Notes: generated by a model not told the origin, from the sequence alone. DNA of 52,274 nt from Candidatus Limnocylindrales bacterium (GCA_036758145.1 DAIOXD010000001.1:1-52274), one strand, 5' to 3'; numbered from the stretch's first letter, positions 26,519 through 37,579 are shown. Program-made: numbers and translations.

Positions 26519-27943
26519 ATGCAGGTCACTTCCACCCCCGGCCCCGGCGCGACGGTCGTGCTCGAGATCGAGCTCCCCGCCGATCGGCTGAGCCGCGCCA
26601 TCGACGACGCCGTCCGGCGGCTCTCCCGCCAGACGAGGGTCGCCGGCTTTCGGCCGGGCAAGGCGCCGCGCCCCGTCCTCGAACGCCACCTTGGCCCGGG
26701 CGTCGTCCTCGATGAGGCGGTCGAGCACCTGGTGCAGGACGCCTACCGCGAGGCCCTCGCCGAGCAGGGGATCGTCCCGCTGACCAACCCGGACGTGGAG
26801 ATCGTCCAGGCCGAGGAGGGCAGGCCGCTCACCTTCAAGGCGACGGTCCAGGTCCCGCCCGAGGTCGAGCTGGGCGACTACAAGCATTTCAACTTCAGCC
26901 CCGAGATCGAGACGATCGACGACGCCCGGGTCGACACGGTGGTCGAGGAGCTGCGCGACCAGAATGCGACCCTCACCGCGGTCGAGGGCCGCGGCGCGCG
27001 GGAGGGCGACTATGCGGTCATCTCGTTCGAGGGATCGCGCGACGGCGAATCGTTCGAGGGCGGCAGCTCGGAGCGGATGCCCCTCATCCTCGGTCAGGAG
27101 CGCCTGATCCCGGGCTTCGAGGCGAACCTCGTCGGCCTCGAGGTCGGCGGCTCGACCGAGTTCGACATCACCTTCCCGGACGACTACCCCGAGACCGAGC
27201 TCGCGGGCAAGCCGGCCCATTTCGCGGTCGAGCTGCGCGAGCTGCGCGAGAAGGTCCAGCCCGAGCTCGATGCCGACTTCATCGGGACCCTCGGCGACTT
27301 CGCCGATCTCGACGCGCTGCGCGCCGACATCCGCACCCGGCTCGAGCGCAACGCCCTCGATCGCGCCCGGCACGAGTTCGCCGACAGGATCATCGACTAC
27401 GCGGTCGCGAATTCGACCGTCGAGCTGCCGGCCATCCTGGTGGACCAGGAGGTCGAGGTGATGCACGACGAGTTCCGGGGGACGCTCTCCCGGCAGGGCA
27501 TCACCGAGGAGGCCTACCTCAAGGCGCTCGACAAGACCGACGCCGATATGCATGCCGAGTTCCGACCCGGCGCCGAGAAGCGCGTTCGAACGCTGCTCGT
27601 GCTCTCGAAGGTCGCCGACGCCGAGGGCGTGACGGTCCCCGACGACGAGGTCGAGGCCGAGATCGCGCGCGGCCGCGTCCGCTATCCCGATGACGCGCGG
27701 CTGCAGGCCTACTTCGATTCGGAGCGTGGCCGGTCGTACATCCGGAGCACGCTCCGCCGCAGCCGGGTGGTCGAGGCCCTCATCGACGAATGGCTGGCCG
27801 CCCATCCCGACCACGCGCCGCTGCCCCATCTCGAAGATGCGCCGTCGTCGGCCATCGAGGGTGGGGCGGCAGCCGCCAACGCCTCCGTCGACGCGACGGA
27901 CCCGGGCGCCATCCTCGAAGACGTGCCGGCCGCCGCCGGCTGA
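26519..27943 (+). CDS. tig: trigger factor
   Basis: Trimmed to the internal ATG ([20 protein letters not shown]...). It has the ribosome-binding signature GFRPGKAPR, an FKBP-like middle domain ([12 protein letters not shown]...[12 protein letters not shown]) and a C-terminal arm domain. The ORF-track N-extension overlaps the GT-C-like gene. Confidence 0.93.
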   Translation: MQVTSTPGPGATVVLEIELPADRLSRAIDDAVRRLSRQTRVAGFRPGKAPRPVLERHLGPGVVLDEAVEHLVQDAYREALAEQGIVPLTNPDVEIVQAEEGRPLTFKATVQVPPEVELGDYKHFNFSPEIETIDDARVDTVVEELRDQNATLTAVEGRGAREGDYAVISFEGSRDGESFEGGSSERMPLILGQERLIPGFEANLVGLEVGGSTEFDITFPDDYPETELAGKPAHFAVELRELREKVQPELDADFIGTLGDFADLDALRADIRTRLERNALDRARHEFADRIIDYAVANSTVELPAILVDQEVEVMHDEFRGTLSRQGITEEAYLKALDKTDADMHAEFRPGAEKRVRTLLVLSKVADAEGVTVPDDEVEAEIARGRVRYPDDARLQAYFDSERGRSYIRSTLRRSRVVEALIDEWLAAHPDHAPLPHLEDAPSSAIEGGAAAANASVDATDPGAILEDVPAAAG

Positions 27944-27978
27944 CCCGCCACTGCCACTACCGTCCGAGGGAGTCTCAC

Positions 27979-28686
27979 ATGCTCGTCCCCATGGTCATCG
28001 AATCCTCCAGCCGGGGGGAGCGTGCCTATGACATCTACTCGCGCCTCCTGCGCGAGCGGATCATCTTTCTGGGCGACGCGATCGAGGACCACCTGGCCAA
28101 CCTCGTCATCGCGCAGCTCCTGTTCCTCGAATCGGAGGATCCGGAGAAGGACATCAGCCTGTACATCAACTCGCCCGGCGGCCAGGTGACGTCCGGTCTG
28201 GCGATCTACGACACGATGCAATACCTGCGCGCCCCGGTCAGCACGATCTGCATCGGGATGGCGGCGTCGATGGCCGCCGTCCTCCTCGCGGCCGGCGCGC
28301 CCGGCAAGCGCTACGCCCTCCCCAACAGCCGGATCATGATCCACCAGGGCTCGGGCGGGTTCCGCGGCAACGCCCCGGATGCCCTCATCCAGATGAAGGA
28401 ATGGGAGTATCTGGTCCAGCGGAACCATGAGATCCTGGCACGCCACACGAACCAGCCGCTCGAGAAGATCATCCGCGACACCGACCGGGACTACTTCATG
28501 GCTCCCGACCAGGCCAAGGACTATGGCATCATCGACTCGGCCTACGCGGTCGAGAGCAGTTCGCTGATCGCGCAGGCGCACGACGCCGGGCTGTCCGGCG
28601 GCGAGGGATCCAAGGCCGCCGAGGCCGCTGAAGCCGCCGAAACGGCCGGAGCGACCGAGACGCCGAAGAAGAGCAAGGACCAGTAG
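27979..28686 (+). CDS. clpP: ATP-dependent Clp protease proteolytic subunit, with C-terminal extension
   Basis: Trimmed to [24 protein letters not shown], preceded by GAGGGA. The catalytic context is intact: GMAASMAA (Ser), IMIHQ (His) and DRD (Asp). About 45 extra Ala/Glu/Ser-rich residues follow the core. Confidence 0.95.
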   Translation: MLVPMVIESSSRGERAYDIYSRLLRERIIFLGDAIEDHLANLVIAQLLFLESEDPEKDISLYINSPGGQVTSGLAIYDTMQYLRAPVSTICIGMAASMAAVLLAAGAPGKRYALPNSRIMIHQGSGGFRGNAPDALIQMKEWEYLVQRNHEILARHTNQPLEKIIRDTDRDYFMAPDQAKDYGIIDSAYAVESSSLIAQAHDAGLSGGEGSKAAEAAEAAETAGATETPKKSKDQ

Positions 28687-28701
28687 GTCGGGGCGGGGCA
28701 C

Positions 28702-30015
<1,314 letters not shown>

Positions 30016-30042
30016 GGACTCGGACCCGCAGCGGCCTCGTGC

Positions 30043-30048
30043 TAGACT
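30043..30048 (+). promoter_or_regulatory. candidate -10 box (TAGACT) for the valS leader
   Basis: TAGACT lies 11 nt upstream of the first base-paired nucleotide of T-box Stem I. The only -35 candidate is weak (TCGGAC, 17-nt spacer). Confidence 0.35.
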
Positions 30049-30059
30049 GCGGCCTTCAC

Positions 30060-30290
30060 GGCGACGACCGGGAAGAGTAGCGACGGGTCGGCCCCGGAGC
30101 GAGCGCGGGATGGTGCGAGCCGCGCGGGCACGACGGCGTGAAGGTCGCTCGGGAGCCGTGCGGGCGACGCCCGATAGCGCGTCGAGAGGGCGCCGGATCC
30201 GCCGGACCGCGATGAGCGGACCGACCTCGACGCCGAACCAGCAGGTGGTACCACGACCCGTTCGTCCGCTGGACGAGCGGGCCGTTCTGT
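30060..30290 (+). promoter_or_regulatory. T-box leader (tRNA-Val-responsive riboswitch) of valS
   Basis: Stem I was folded by hand. The 5' side is GGC-GACGA-CCGGG-AAGAGUA. It continues through the AG bulge (GGAGCGA) and the distal loop GAUGGUGCGAG (GGUGNRA). The 3' side closes as GAAG-GUC-G-CUCGG-GA-GCC. This matches the K-turn and specifier-loop layout of characterised glyQS T-boxes, with specifier GUC (Val, 30144-30146) followed by a purine. The T-box sequence CAGGUGGUACCACGA lies at 30242-30256, and UGGU fits a discriminator A. A terminator-like hairpin CCCGUUCGUCC-GCU-GGACGAGCGGG (30257-30281) is followed by CCGUUCUGUU. Confidence 0.8.
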
Positions 30291-30306
30291 TCCCAGGGGG
30301 GCGACG

Positions 30307-33027
30307 ATGCCGGATCTGCCGAAGGCCTATACGCCACACGATGTCGAAAGCGCGATCTACGAGCGCTGGCTGGCGGCTGACGTCTTCGCGCCCGACGGCG
30401 CCGGCTCGACCGCCGACCCGTCGCTCCCGCCGTTCACGATCATCCAGCCGCCGCCCAACATCACCGGCTCGCTCCACCTCGGCCATGCCCAGCGCACGGC
30501 GGTGGAGGATCTCATGATCCGGCACGCCCGGATGCGCGGCCACCGCGCGCTCTTCCTGCCCGGGCTCGACCACGCCTCGATCGCCGCCCAGTTCGTCCTC
30601 GACGGCATCCTCGCCAGGGAAGGGGAGAGCCGCCAGTCGCTCGGTCGTGAACGCTATCTCGAGCGGATGCGCGGGTTCGTCGCTACGACCCGCGAGGTCA
30701 TGCTCGCCCAGCAGCGGCGCGTCGGGGCATCGGCCGACTGGGGCCGACTCCGCTATACGATGGACGACCGCTCGGCGAAGGCCGTCCGGACCGCGTTCGA
30801 GCGTCTTTACCGGGCCGACCTGGCCTATCGCACGGAAGCCCTCGTCAACTGGTGTCCGGGCTGCCGGACCAGCGTGAGCGATCTCGAGGTCGTCTCGACG
30901 CCGGAGGCCGGCACGCTCTGGTCGGTGCGCTACCACCTCATCGACCCTGCGACCGGGAGGCCCGACCCGGACGAGACGATCACGGTCGCCACGACCCGAC
31001 CCGAGACGATCCTGGGCGATACCGCGGTCGCCGTTCACCCCGACGACCCGCGCTATACCGCACTCGTCGGGCGGACCGTTCGGATCCCGTTCGTCGACCG
31101 CGACGTCCCGATCATCGCCGACGCGATCGTCGACCCCGCGTTCGGGACGGGCGCGGTCAAGATCACGCCCGCCCACGACCACGACGACCACGCCACGGGG
31201 CTTCGCCACCACCTTCCCGCGCCGACCATCCTGGCCGACGACGCGACCATCGCCGGCACCGGCACGCGGTACGACGGGATGGATCGATACGAGGCTCGAA
31301 CGGCGATCCTCGCCGACCTCGAGGCGCACGGCGATCTGGTCGCCGCCACGCCGCACGAGATGGTCGTCGGGCGCTGCCAGCGGAGCAACGACGTCATCGA
31401 GCCGCGGCTCAAGACGCAGTGGTTCATCCGGACCGGGCCGCTCGCGGAGCGCGCGCTCGAGGCGACCCGCTCGGGGCGGACCCGGATCCTGCCCGAACGG
31501 TTCGAGAAGACCTGGGAGCACTGGCTCACCGACATCCGCGACTGGAACGTCTCGCGCCAGTTGTGGTGGGGCCACCGCATCCCGGCCTGGTACTGCCCCG
31601 ACGGCCACGTCACGGTCACCTCGGTGGAGGCCGGGCCGGACGCGTGCTCGGTCTGTGGCCGGCCCGCCGCGGAGCTCCGGCAGGATCCGGACATCTTCGA
31701 CACCTGGTTCAGCTCGGGGCTATGGCCGTTCTCGACGCTGGGCTGGCCCGACGATACCGACGACTACCGGACCTACTACCCGACCTCGGTGATGGAGACC
31801 GGCTACGACATCATCTTCTTCTGGGTCGCCCGGATGATGATGCTCGGCCTCGAGTTGACCGGGACGGAGCCGTTCCACACGGTCTACCTGTCCGGCCTCA
31901 TCCGCGACCCGCTCGGCCAGAAGATGTCGAAGACGAAGGGCAACGTGGTCGATCCGCTTGGCGTCATCGACGCATCGGGCGCCGACGCCCTTCGCTTCGC
32001 GCTCATCCACGGGGCGACCCCGGGCAACGATCAGCGGTTCGGGCCGGCCAAGCTCGAGCACGCGCGGAACTTCGCCAACAAGCTCTGGAACGCGACCCGT
32101 TACGTGGCCGGCGCCCGGCCGACGTCCATCCCGGAGGGGGCCGAGCGGCGCGTCCCCGATGCCCGGCACCTCGGTCCGGGGGACCGCTGGCTCCTCTCGC
32201 GCGCGGCCGCGACAACGGCCGCCGTCGATGCCGCCATGGCCGGCTTCGGCTTCGGCGAGGTGACCCGCCTCCTGTACGAGGCGATCTGGAACGAGTACTG
32301 CGACTGGGGCCTCGAACTCGCCAAGGTCCGGCTGGTCGATCCGAACCTGGATGTGGCTTCGCGTGAGGCGACGTGGTGGACGCTCACCGAGGTGCTCGAC
32401 ACGTACCTGCGGCTGCTCCACCCGGTGATGCCTTTCGTGACCGAGGCCCTGTGGGATGCGCTGCCGCACCGGGCGAGTGATCCCGCCCTGCTCATCGTCG
32501 CCCGCTGGCCTGGGGCAGCGGAGCGCGACACCGCCGCCGAGCGCCAGGTCGACGCCCTGATCGAGCTCGTGACCGGGATCCGCAACGCCCGGGCGTCGGC
32601 GAAGCTGCCGGCCGCCGACTGGCTCGAGACGCTCGTCTACGTCCCGCTCGAGCTCGGGCCGACGTTCGAGGCGCTGCGCCCGGCGGTCGAGCGCATGGCT
32701 CGCGCCCGGCCGCTCCATCGTGAATTGACACCCGAGGCACTCGAGGCCGCAACCCGGCCGGGCGACCTCGCCGTGATCGTCATCGCCGGCGAGATCGAGG
32801 CCGCTGTCCGGCCGGTGGCGGCCCATGCCGGCGCCGATGCGCTCGAGCGCGACCGCCTGGCACGCGACCTGGCCGAGGCCGAGGGCCGGCTGACCGCCGC
32901 GCGCGAGCGTCTGGCGAACGACTCGTTCGTGTCACGCGCACCCGCGGCGGTGGTCGACGGCGCCCGGGCGCGCGAAGCCGAACTATCCGATCAGGTGGCC
33001 CGTCTACGGGATCGATTGGAGCGTTGA
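30307..33027 (+). CDS. valS: valine--tRNA ligase
   Basis: 906 aa with the HIGH motif (PPPNITGSLHLGHA), KMSKS (KMSKTKGN), an editing-domain insertion and a C-terminal coiled coil. Confidence 0.97.
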   Translation: MPDLPKAYTPHDVESAIYERWLAADVFAPDGAGSTADPSLPPFTIIQPPPNITGSLHLGHAQRTAVEDLMIRHARMRGHRALFLPGLDHASIAAQFVLDGILAREGESRQSLGRERYLERMRGFVATTREVMLAQQRRVGASADWGRLRYTMDDRSAKAVRTAFERLYRADLAYRTEALVNWCPGCRTSVSDLEVVSTPEAGTLWSVRYHLIDPATGRPDPDETITVATTRPETILGDTAVAVHPDDPRYTALVGRTVRIPFVDRDVPIIADAIVDPAFGTGAVKITPAHDHDDHATGLRHHLPAPTILADDATIAGTGTRYDGMDRYEARTAILADLEAHGDLVAATPHEMVVGRCQRSNDVIEPRLKTQWFIRTGPLAERALEATRSGRTRILPERFEKTWEHWLTDIRDWNVSRQLWWGHRIPAWYCPDGHVTVTSVEAGPDACSVCGRPAAELRQDPDIFDTWFSSGLWPFSTLGWPDDTDDYRTYYPTSVMETGYDIIFFWVARMMMLGLELTGTEPFHTVYLSGLIRDPLGQKMSKTKGNVVDPLGVIDASGADALRFALIHGATPGNDQRFGPAKLEHARNFANKLWNATRYVAGARPTSIPEGAERRVPDARHLGPGDRWLLSRAAATTAAVDAAMAGFGFGEVTRLLYEAIWNEYCDWGLELAKVRLVDPNLDVASREATWWTLTEVLDTYLRLLHPVMPFVTEALWDALPHRASDPALLIVARWPGAAERDTAAERQVDALIELVTGIRNARASAKLPAADWLETLVYVPLELGPTFEALRPAVERMARARPLHRELTPEALEAATRPGDLAVIVIAGEIEAAVRPVAAHAGADALERDRLARDLAEAEGRLTAARERLANDSFVSRAPAAVVDGARAREAELSDQVARLRDRLER

Positions 33028-33058
33028 ACGAGCGGGCGGAGGAGACACCCGCCCGTTC
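33026..33058. terminator. candidate bidirectional hairpin between convergent valS and the sugar permease gene
   Basis: GAACG-A-GCGGG-N11-CCCGC-C-CGTTC forms 5+5 bp with one mismatch and overlaps the valS stop. There is no U-tract on either side. Confidence 0.35.
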
Positions 33059-33074
33059 AACACCAGGTGGTGGG

Positions 33075-33971
33075 TCAGCCCTTGACGGAGCCGCCCGTGA
33101 TCCCGCGAACGAAGTAGCGCTGGAGCGCGAAGAAGACCAGCAGCGGCAGCGCCATCGAGATGAACGCCGCGGCGCCGAGGAATTCCCAGCCGCCTCCCAG
33201 CGAGGTGACGAGGTTCGAGATGCCGACCGTCAGCGGCAGGTTCTGCGGGCTCGACCCGAGGAAGACCAGGGCGACCAGCAGGTCGTTCCAGACGAACAGG
33301 AACTGGAAGATGACCAGCGCGGCGATGGCCGGGATGCTCATCGGCAGGGCCAGGCGAAGGAATGAGGTCACAGGGCTGGCGCCATCGATCGCAGCCGACT
33401 CGAAGATCTCCTTTGGCAGGCCGCCCATGAAGTTGCGGAGCAGGAAGATCGCGAACGGCAGGCCGTACCCGGTGTGCGCGAGCCAGACCGTCAGGAACGA
33501 TCCGGCGATGTTCAGGCCCTTCGGGCTGAAGAGCTGGAGGATCGGGATCAGCGTCGTCTGGAGGGGCACGACCAGCAAGCCGACGACGATCACGAACAGA
33601 AGGTTGCGACCCGGGAAGCTCATCCAGGCGAAGGCGTACGCGGCGAATGCCGCGACCAGGACCGGGATGATCGTCGCCGGGATCGTGATGAACAGGCTGT
33701 TGACGAACTGCGCGCCGATGTTGCTCTGGGCCAGGACGTGGGCATAGTTGTCGAGGCTGAGCTGGCTCGGCGCGAAGATCGCCGTCCACCAGCCCGAATT
33801 CAGGACGTCCTGCGGCGGTCGGAACGAGTTGATGAGCAGGCCGATCGTCGGGATCAGCCAGATCACCATCAAGCCGATGATCGCGATGTGGAGCGGCACG
33901 CGGCCGAACCGCGACTTGCGCTCCTTGGCGACGACCTGGGCGTCCGACGCGGTTTGGGCGACTGCAGTCAT
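33075..33971 (-). CDS. carbohydrate ABC transporter permease (MalG-like)
   Basis: Trimmed to the internal ATG (MTAVAQTASDAQ...), which overlaps the upstream permease stop by 4 nt. It is a six-TM permease with an EAA loop (FESAAIDGASPVTSFLRLALP). Confidence 0.88.
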   Translation of the reverse strand: MTAVAQTASDAQVVAKERKSRFGRVPLHIAIIGLMVIWLIPTIGLLINSFRPPQDVLNSGWWTAIFAPSQLSLDNYAHVLAQSNIGAQFVNSLFITIPATIIPVLVAAFAAYAFAWMSFPGRNLLFVIVVGLLVVPLQTTLIPILQLFSPKGLNIAGSFLTVWLAHTGYGLPFAIFLLRNFMGGLPKEIFESAAIDGASPVTSFLRLALPMSIPAIAALVIFQFLFVWNDLLVALVFLGSSPQNLPLTVGISNLVTSLGGGWEFLGAAAFISMALPLLVFFALQRYFVRGITGGSVKG

Positions 33972-34945
33972 CGGATCGCCTCCTGCGCCTGGAAGCGCCT
34001 GATGTTGAGGGCCATCACCGGGATGATCGTCAGGAGCAGGACCACCGCGACCGCGCTGGCCCGCCCGAAGTTCGAATTGACGAACATCTGTTGGATCATC
34101 GCCTGGGCCATGACCTGGGTGTCGAAGTTGCCACCGGTCATCACGTACACGATGTCGAACGCCTTCAACGCGGTGATGACGACCGTCGTGCCGACGACCG
34201 CTAGGGTCGGGAGCAGGAGCGGGAAGATGATCCCGCGGAAGACCTGCCACTCATTGGCGCCGTCGACTCGCGCGGCCTCCAGCAACTCGACGCTGATGCC
34301 CTTGAGGGCGGCGGAGATGATGACCATGCAGAAGCCGGTCCACATCCAGGCCATGACGATGATCAGCAGGATCGTGTTGGCGCTGAAGTCCTGGACCTGA
34401 AGCCATGGGACGGGCCCGACGCCGAACAGGCCGACGAACGCATTCATCGTCCCGGTCTGGGGCTCACCCGGCGCCCGGTAGAGGAACATGAAGGTCCAGA
34501 TGACGCTGGCCGCGACCATGCTGATGGCGAGCGGCAGGAAGATGACGGCCTTCGCCACCGACTCGTACCGCACGCGGTCGACCAGGACCGCGATGAGCGT
34601 CCCGAACCCGACGGTCAGCGCCGTCAGGAGGATGACCCACAGCACGTTGTTCTTGAGCGCAACGAGCGTGGTCGGGCTGGTGAAGAAGTAGACGAAGTTA
34701 TCGAGACCGACGAACTTGGTCCCGGCCGAATTCTGGAAGCTGTGGATGATGGTCCCGATCGTCGGATAGACGAGGAAGACCGCGAGGAACGCCAGCGCCG
34801 GCGCCAGCCACAACCACGGCCGCAGCGTGCCGCGGCGCCGGTCGGGGATCGGACGCAGGATCTGTTCGGTGAGGATGATGTAGATGAACAGGACGGCCGG
34901 GACGCCGACCACCACCTCTATCGCGGTCACGAGTCGCGGATCCAT
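33968..34945 (-). CDS. carbohydrate ABC transporter permease (MalF-like)
   Basis: Multi-TM permease with an EAA loop (LEAARVDGANEWQVFRGIIFPLL). GGGAGGAG lies upstream. Confidence 0.88.
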   Translation of the reverse strand: MDPRLVTAIEVVVGVPAVLFIYIILTEQILRPIPDRRRGTLRPWLWLAPALAFLAVFLVYPTIGTIIHSFQNSAGTKFVGLDNFVYFFTSPTTLVALKNNVLWVILLTALTVGFGTLIAVLVDRVRYESVAKAVIFLPLAISMVAASVIWTFMFLYRAPGEPQTGTMNAFVGLFGVGPVPWLQVQDFSANTILLIIVMAWMWTGFCMVIISAALKGISVELLEAARVDGANEWQVFRGIIFPLLLPTLAVVGTTVVITALKAFDIVYVMTGGNFDTQVMAQAMIQQMFVNSNFGRASAVAVVLLLTIIPVMALNIRRFQAQEAIR

Positions 34946-34969
34946 CGGGCTCCTCCCAAGAAGGGAATG

Positions 34970-35001
34970 GGCGAGGGCGGTCTTCCTCGACCGCCCTCGC
35001 C
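34970..35001 (-). other. 13-bp perfect stem-loop between the binding-protein and permease genes
   Basis: GGCGAGGGCGGTC-TTCCTC-GACCGCCCTCGCC. On the mRNA strand it is followed by CAUUCCCUUCUU and then the permease SD. Confidence 0.6.
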
Positions 35002-35016
35002 ATCAGGTGCCGCTGA

Positions 35017-36393
35017 TCAGGGCGCGGCGTACGCGTCCGTCTGGACCTTGTCCAGGTTGGCCAGGATCGAGTCGAGCTGACTCGGGTCCTTGATGTAGGC
35101 GACGATGCCCTTCCAGAACGCGTCGTTCATGGCCGAAGGCATCAGGTCGGAGGCGTCGAACGCGAAGATCTTCGCATTCGTGAGGATCGCCGCCGAGCGC
35201 TTGCTGATGTCGTCGGGATAGTCGACCGCGTTCTTGTTGGCGGACAATGCGCCGCCGATCTTGACCCAGATGTCCTGGGCCGGTGCGGTCACGAGATAGG
35301 CCATGAGGGACTTGGCGGCCGGCGTGTCATGGAACATGCCGAACAGGTCGCCCGCGCCTTCGACGGCACCCGTGAACTGCGTGTTGATGTCGGGGAATGG
35401 GAAGAAGTTGTAGTCGGTACCGCTCTTGGCGGTCTTGAAGCCGCCCAGACCGGTGATGAAGCTCGCCTGGTGCAGGAACATGCAGCCCGGCGGGGTCTTG
35501 AAGAGTGGGTCGCCGGCATTGGCGAAGTTGGTCGCATTGACCGTCGCCGAGCCGCCGAAGCTGCTCGCGACGACGTCACCGAACGTCGTCCATGCGGTCT
35601 TGATCGCGGGGTCGGTCCACTTGACCTTGCCCTGGTACCACTGCTGGTAGACGTCGGGACCGGCCTGTCGGAGGACGAGGTCCTCGATCCAGTCCGTTCC
35701 CGGCCAGCCGGACGCAGCCCCCGACTCGACGCCCAGGCACCACGGCGACTTGGCCTTGGACTTGTTGGCCGTGATGTACGCCTGCAGCGCGTCCCAGGTC
35801 GCGGGTGGTGTCGTCGTGATATCGGCGAGGGTCTTCGGGCTGTACCACATCAGACCCTTGACGGCAGTCTTGATGAAGACGCCGACGAGCTTGGTGTCGA
35901 CCGTGCCGAGGGTCACCAGGGCGGGGGCGGTCTCGGAGGTGTAGGTCGGAACGTCGAGGATCGTGCCGAGATCGATGAGGCTGTCCTTCCACTGGACCAT
36001 CTGGCCCGGACCGGGGAGTCCGGCGAGATCGGGGAGGACCCCCGACGCCACGCCCGTGGTGAGGACGGTGTTCAGGTCCCGGGTGCCGGTGTAGTTCACC
36101 TTCGCCCCGGTCTGCGTCTCCCAGGGCGCGATCATCGCCCGGAAAGCCTTCTCTTCGTCACCGCCCCAGGTCCCGATGACCGTGACCGACTGGCCGGCCA
36201 GGTCGCCGGTGCCGCCGCTCCCCGCCGGGGCGCCGCTGCCGCCCGAACTGGGCGCTGGCGTCGTGGTCCCGCCCCCGCCGGTGCTGGCCGCCGGGCTGGG
36301 TGTGGTAGAGCCTGACGAGCAGGCGACCGCCACTAATGTCGCCGCGGCGATGAACGCGGCGATCCTTGATCGCCGATAGGTGCGCTCCTCCAT
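35017..36393 (-). CDS. carbohydrate ABC transporter substrate-binding lipoprotein (family 1)
   Basis: I chose the ATG at 36393 because AAGGAG lies 7 nt upstream. The protein has a lipobox (LVAVAC), a Gly/Ser/Thr/Pro linker and then a sugar-binding-protein fold. Confidence 0.88.
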   Translation of the reverse strand: MEERTYRRSRIAAFIAAATLVAVACSSGSTTPSPAASTGGGGTTTPAPSSGGSGAPAGSGGTGDLAGQSVTVIGTWGGDEEKAFRAMIAPWETQTGAKVNYTGTRDLNTVLTTGVASGVLPDLAGLPGPGQMVQWKDSLIDLGTILDVPTYTSETAPALVTLGTVDTKLVGVFIKTAVKGLMWYSPKTLADITTTPPATWDALQAYITANKSKAKSPWCLGVESGAASGWPGTDWIEDLVLRQAGPDVYQQWYQGKVKWTDPAIKTAWTTFGDVVASSFGGSATVNATNFANAGDPLFKTPPGCMFLHQASFITGLGGFKTAKSGTDYNFFPFPDINTQFTGAVEGAGDLFGMFHDTPAAKSLMAYLVTAPAQDIWVKIGGALSANKNAVDYPDDISKRSAAILTNAKIFAFDASDLMPSAMNDAFWKGIVAYIKDPSQLDSILANLDKVQTDAYAAP

Positions 36394-36483
36394 GCCTTTT
36401 CTCCTTTCCCGGATCACCGACCCGGTCGTCGGGTCGTGTTCTGGGGCATACGGGATGGCCGCGGACCCTCCAGCCCGCGGGTG

Positions 36484-37509
36484 TCAGGCGCGTCGACGGG
36501 TCGTCGAGCCGCGCACGATGAGCTCGGTCGGTAACAGCGTCCGGTGCGGCATCGCGCGATCCGCGAGCCGCTCCAGGAGCGCTCGTCCGGCGGCCTGCCC
36601 GAGCTCGAAGGCGGGCAACCGGACGGTGGTGAGGGGAGGGTCGAAATAGGCGGCCAGAGGGATGTCGTCGAAGCCGACGATCGAGATGTCGTCCGGGACG
36701 CGTCGGCCCGCCTCGCGCAGTGCACCGATCGCCCCCAGGGCGACCACGTCGCTGGCCACGAAGGCCGCATCGAAGGTCGTGCGGGCCAGCAGTTGCGCCA
36801 TCGCGACGTGGCCGCTCGGCGCGTCGAAATCGGCCTCGGCGATGAGGATCCGTTCGGACTCGATGCCGGCGTTTCTCAACGCCTGCTTGTAGCCCGCCAA
36901 CCGCTCCTGGGCGGCCGTATATACGAGCGGGGCGTTGGTGATGCAGGCGATCCGCCGGTGGCCGAGCGACAGCAGGTGCTCGACCGCCCCGCGTGCGCCC
37001 GCTACGTTGTCGACATCGACGCTGACGACCGAGATGTCCGGGAACGAGCCCTGCAGGACGACCGGGAAGCCGTCGCGGACCAGGGCCAGGAGCGACGGAT
37101 CGTCCGACCGCGGGCCCGACACGATCAGACCGTCGGCATGTTGCGCCCCAAGAAGCGACGCATACGACGCGTCCGGCCCATCCGGTGCCAGCAGCTCGAC
37201 CATCACCCGGAAGCCGCCCGCCCGGGCCGCGGCGGAGAGGCCGCGAAGCGTCTCGGCCAGGACCGCATCGCTGGCGACCTGCTCGGGCGATTGATGCAGG
37301 ACGAGCGCGAGGACGTGGCTGCGACCGCCGGCCAGCTGGCGGGCCGGTGCGTTGGGCTGGTAGCCGAGCTGGACTGCCGCGTCCACCACGCGCTGTCGCG
37401 TCCCATCGGGGATCTTCACGTCCGCCCGGTGGTTGAGGACGAACGACACCGTCGTCCGCGAAACACCGGCCCTGGCCGCGACATCGGCACTGGTTGGACG
37501 CTTTGACAT
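36484..37509 (-). CDS. LacI family transcriptional regulator
   Basis: N-terminal HTH (TSADVAARAGVSRTTVSFVLN) followed by a periplasmic-binding-protein-like effector domain. Confidence 0.92.
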   Translation of the reverse strand: MSKRPTSADVAARAGVSRTTVSFVLNHRADVKIPDGTRQRVVDAAVQLGYQPNAPARQLAGGRSHVLALVLHQSPEQVASDAVLAETLRGLSAAARAGGFRVMVELLAPDGPDASYASLLGAQHADGLIVSGPRSDDPSLLALVRDGFPVVLQGSFPDISVVSVDVDNVAGARGAVEHLLSLGHRRIACITNAPLVYTAAQERLAGYKQALRNAGIESERILIAEADFDAPSGHVAMAQLLARTTFDAAFVASDVVALGAIGALREAGRRVPDDISIVGFDDIPLAAYFDPPLTTVRLPAFELGQAAGRALLERLADRAMPHRTLLPTELIVRGSTTRRRA

Positions 37510-37563
37510 CGAGCGGCTACAAGCCTCCGCGATGGAATTGACGTGGGCGTCGGAGTGCGGGAA

Positions 37564-37579
37564 AGTAACGCGCGTCAGT
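37564..37579. promoter_or_regulatory. candidate LacI-type operator
   Basis: AGTAACGC|GCGTCAGT is a 16-bp palindrome with 6 of 8 arm pairs matching and a central CG-rich core. A second copy of AGTAACGCG starts 13 nt downstream (37577-37585). The site lies between the divergent lacI-like and alpha-glucosidase genes. Confidence 0.4.

Noticed and set aside
24594-27943. ORF-track starts at 24594 (GT-C-like gene), 25925 (tig) and 27790 (clpP).
   Set aside because: The start at 24594 lies inside the tRNA-Leu gene. The 25925 and 27790 extensions overlap the preceding genes with low-complexity sequence. The canonical N-termini of trigger factor and ClpP begin at internal ATGs.
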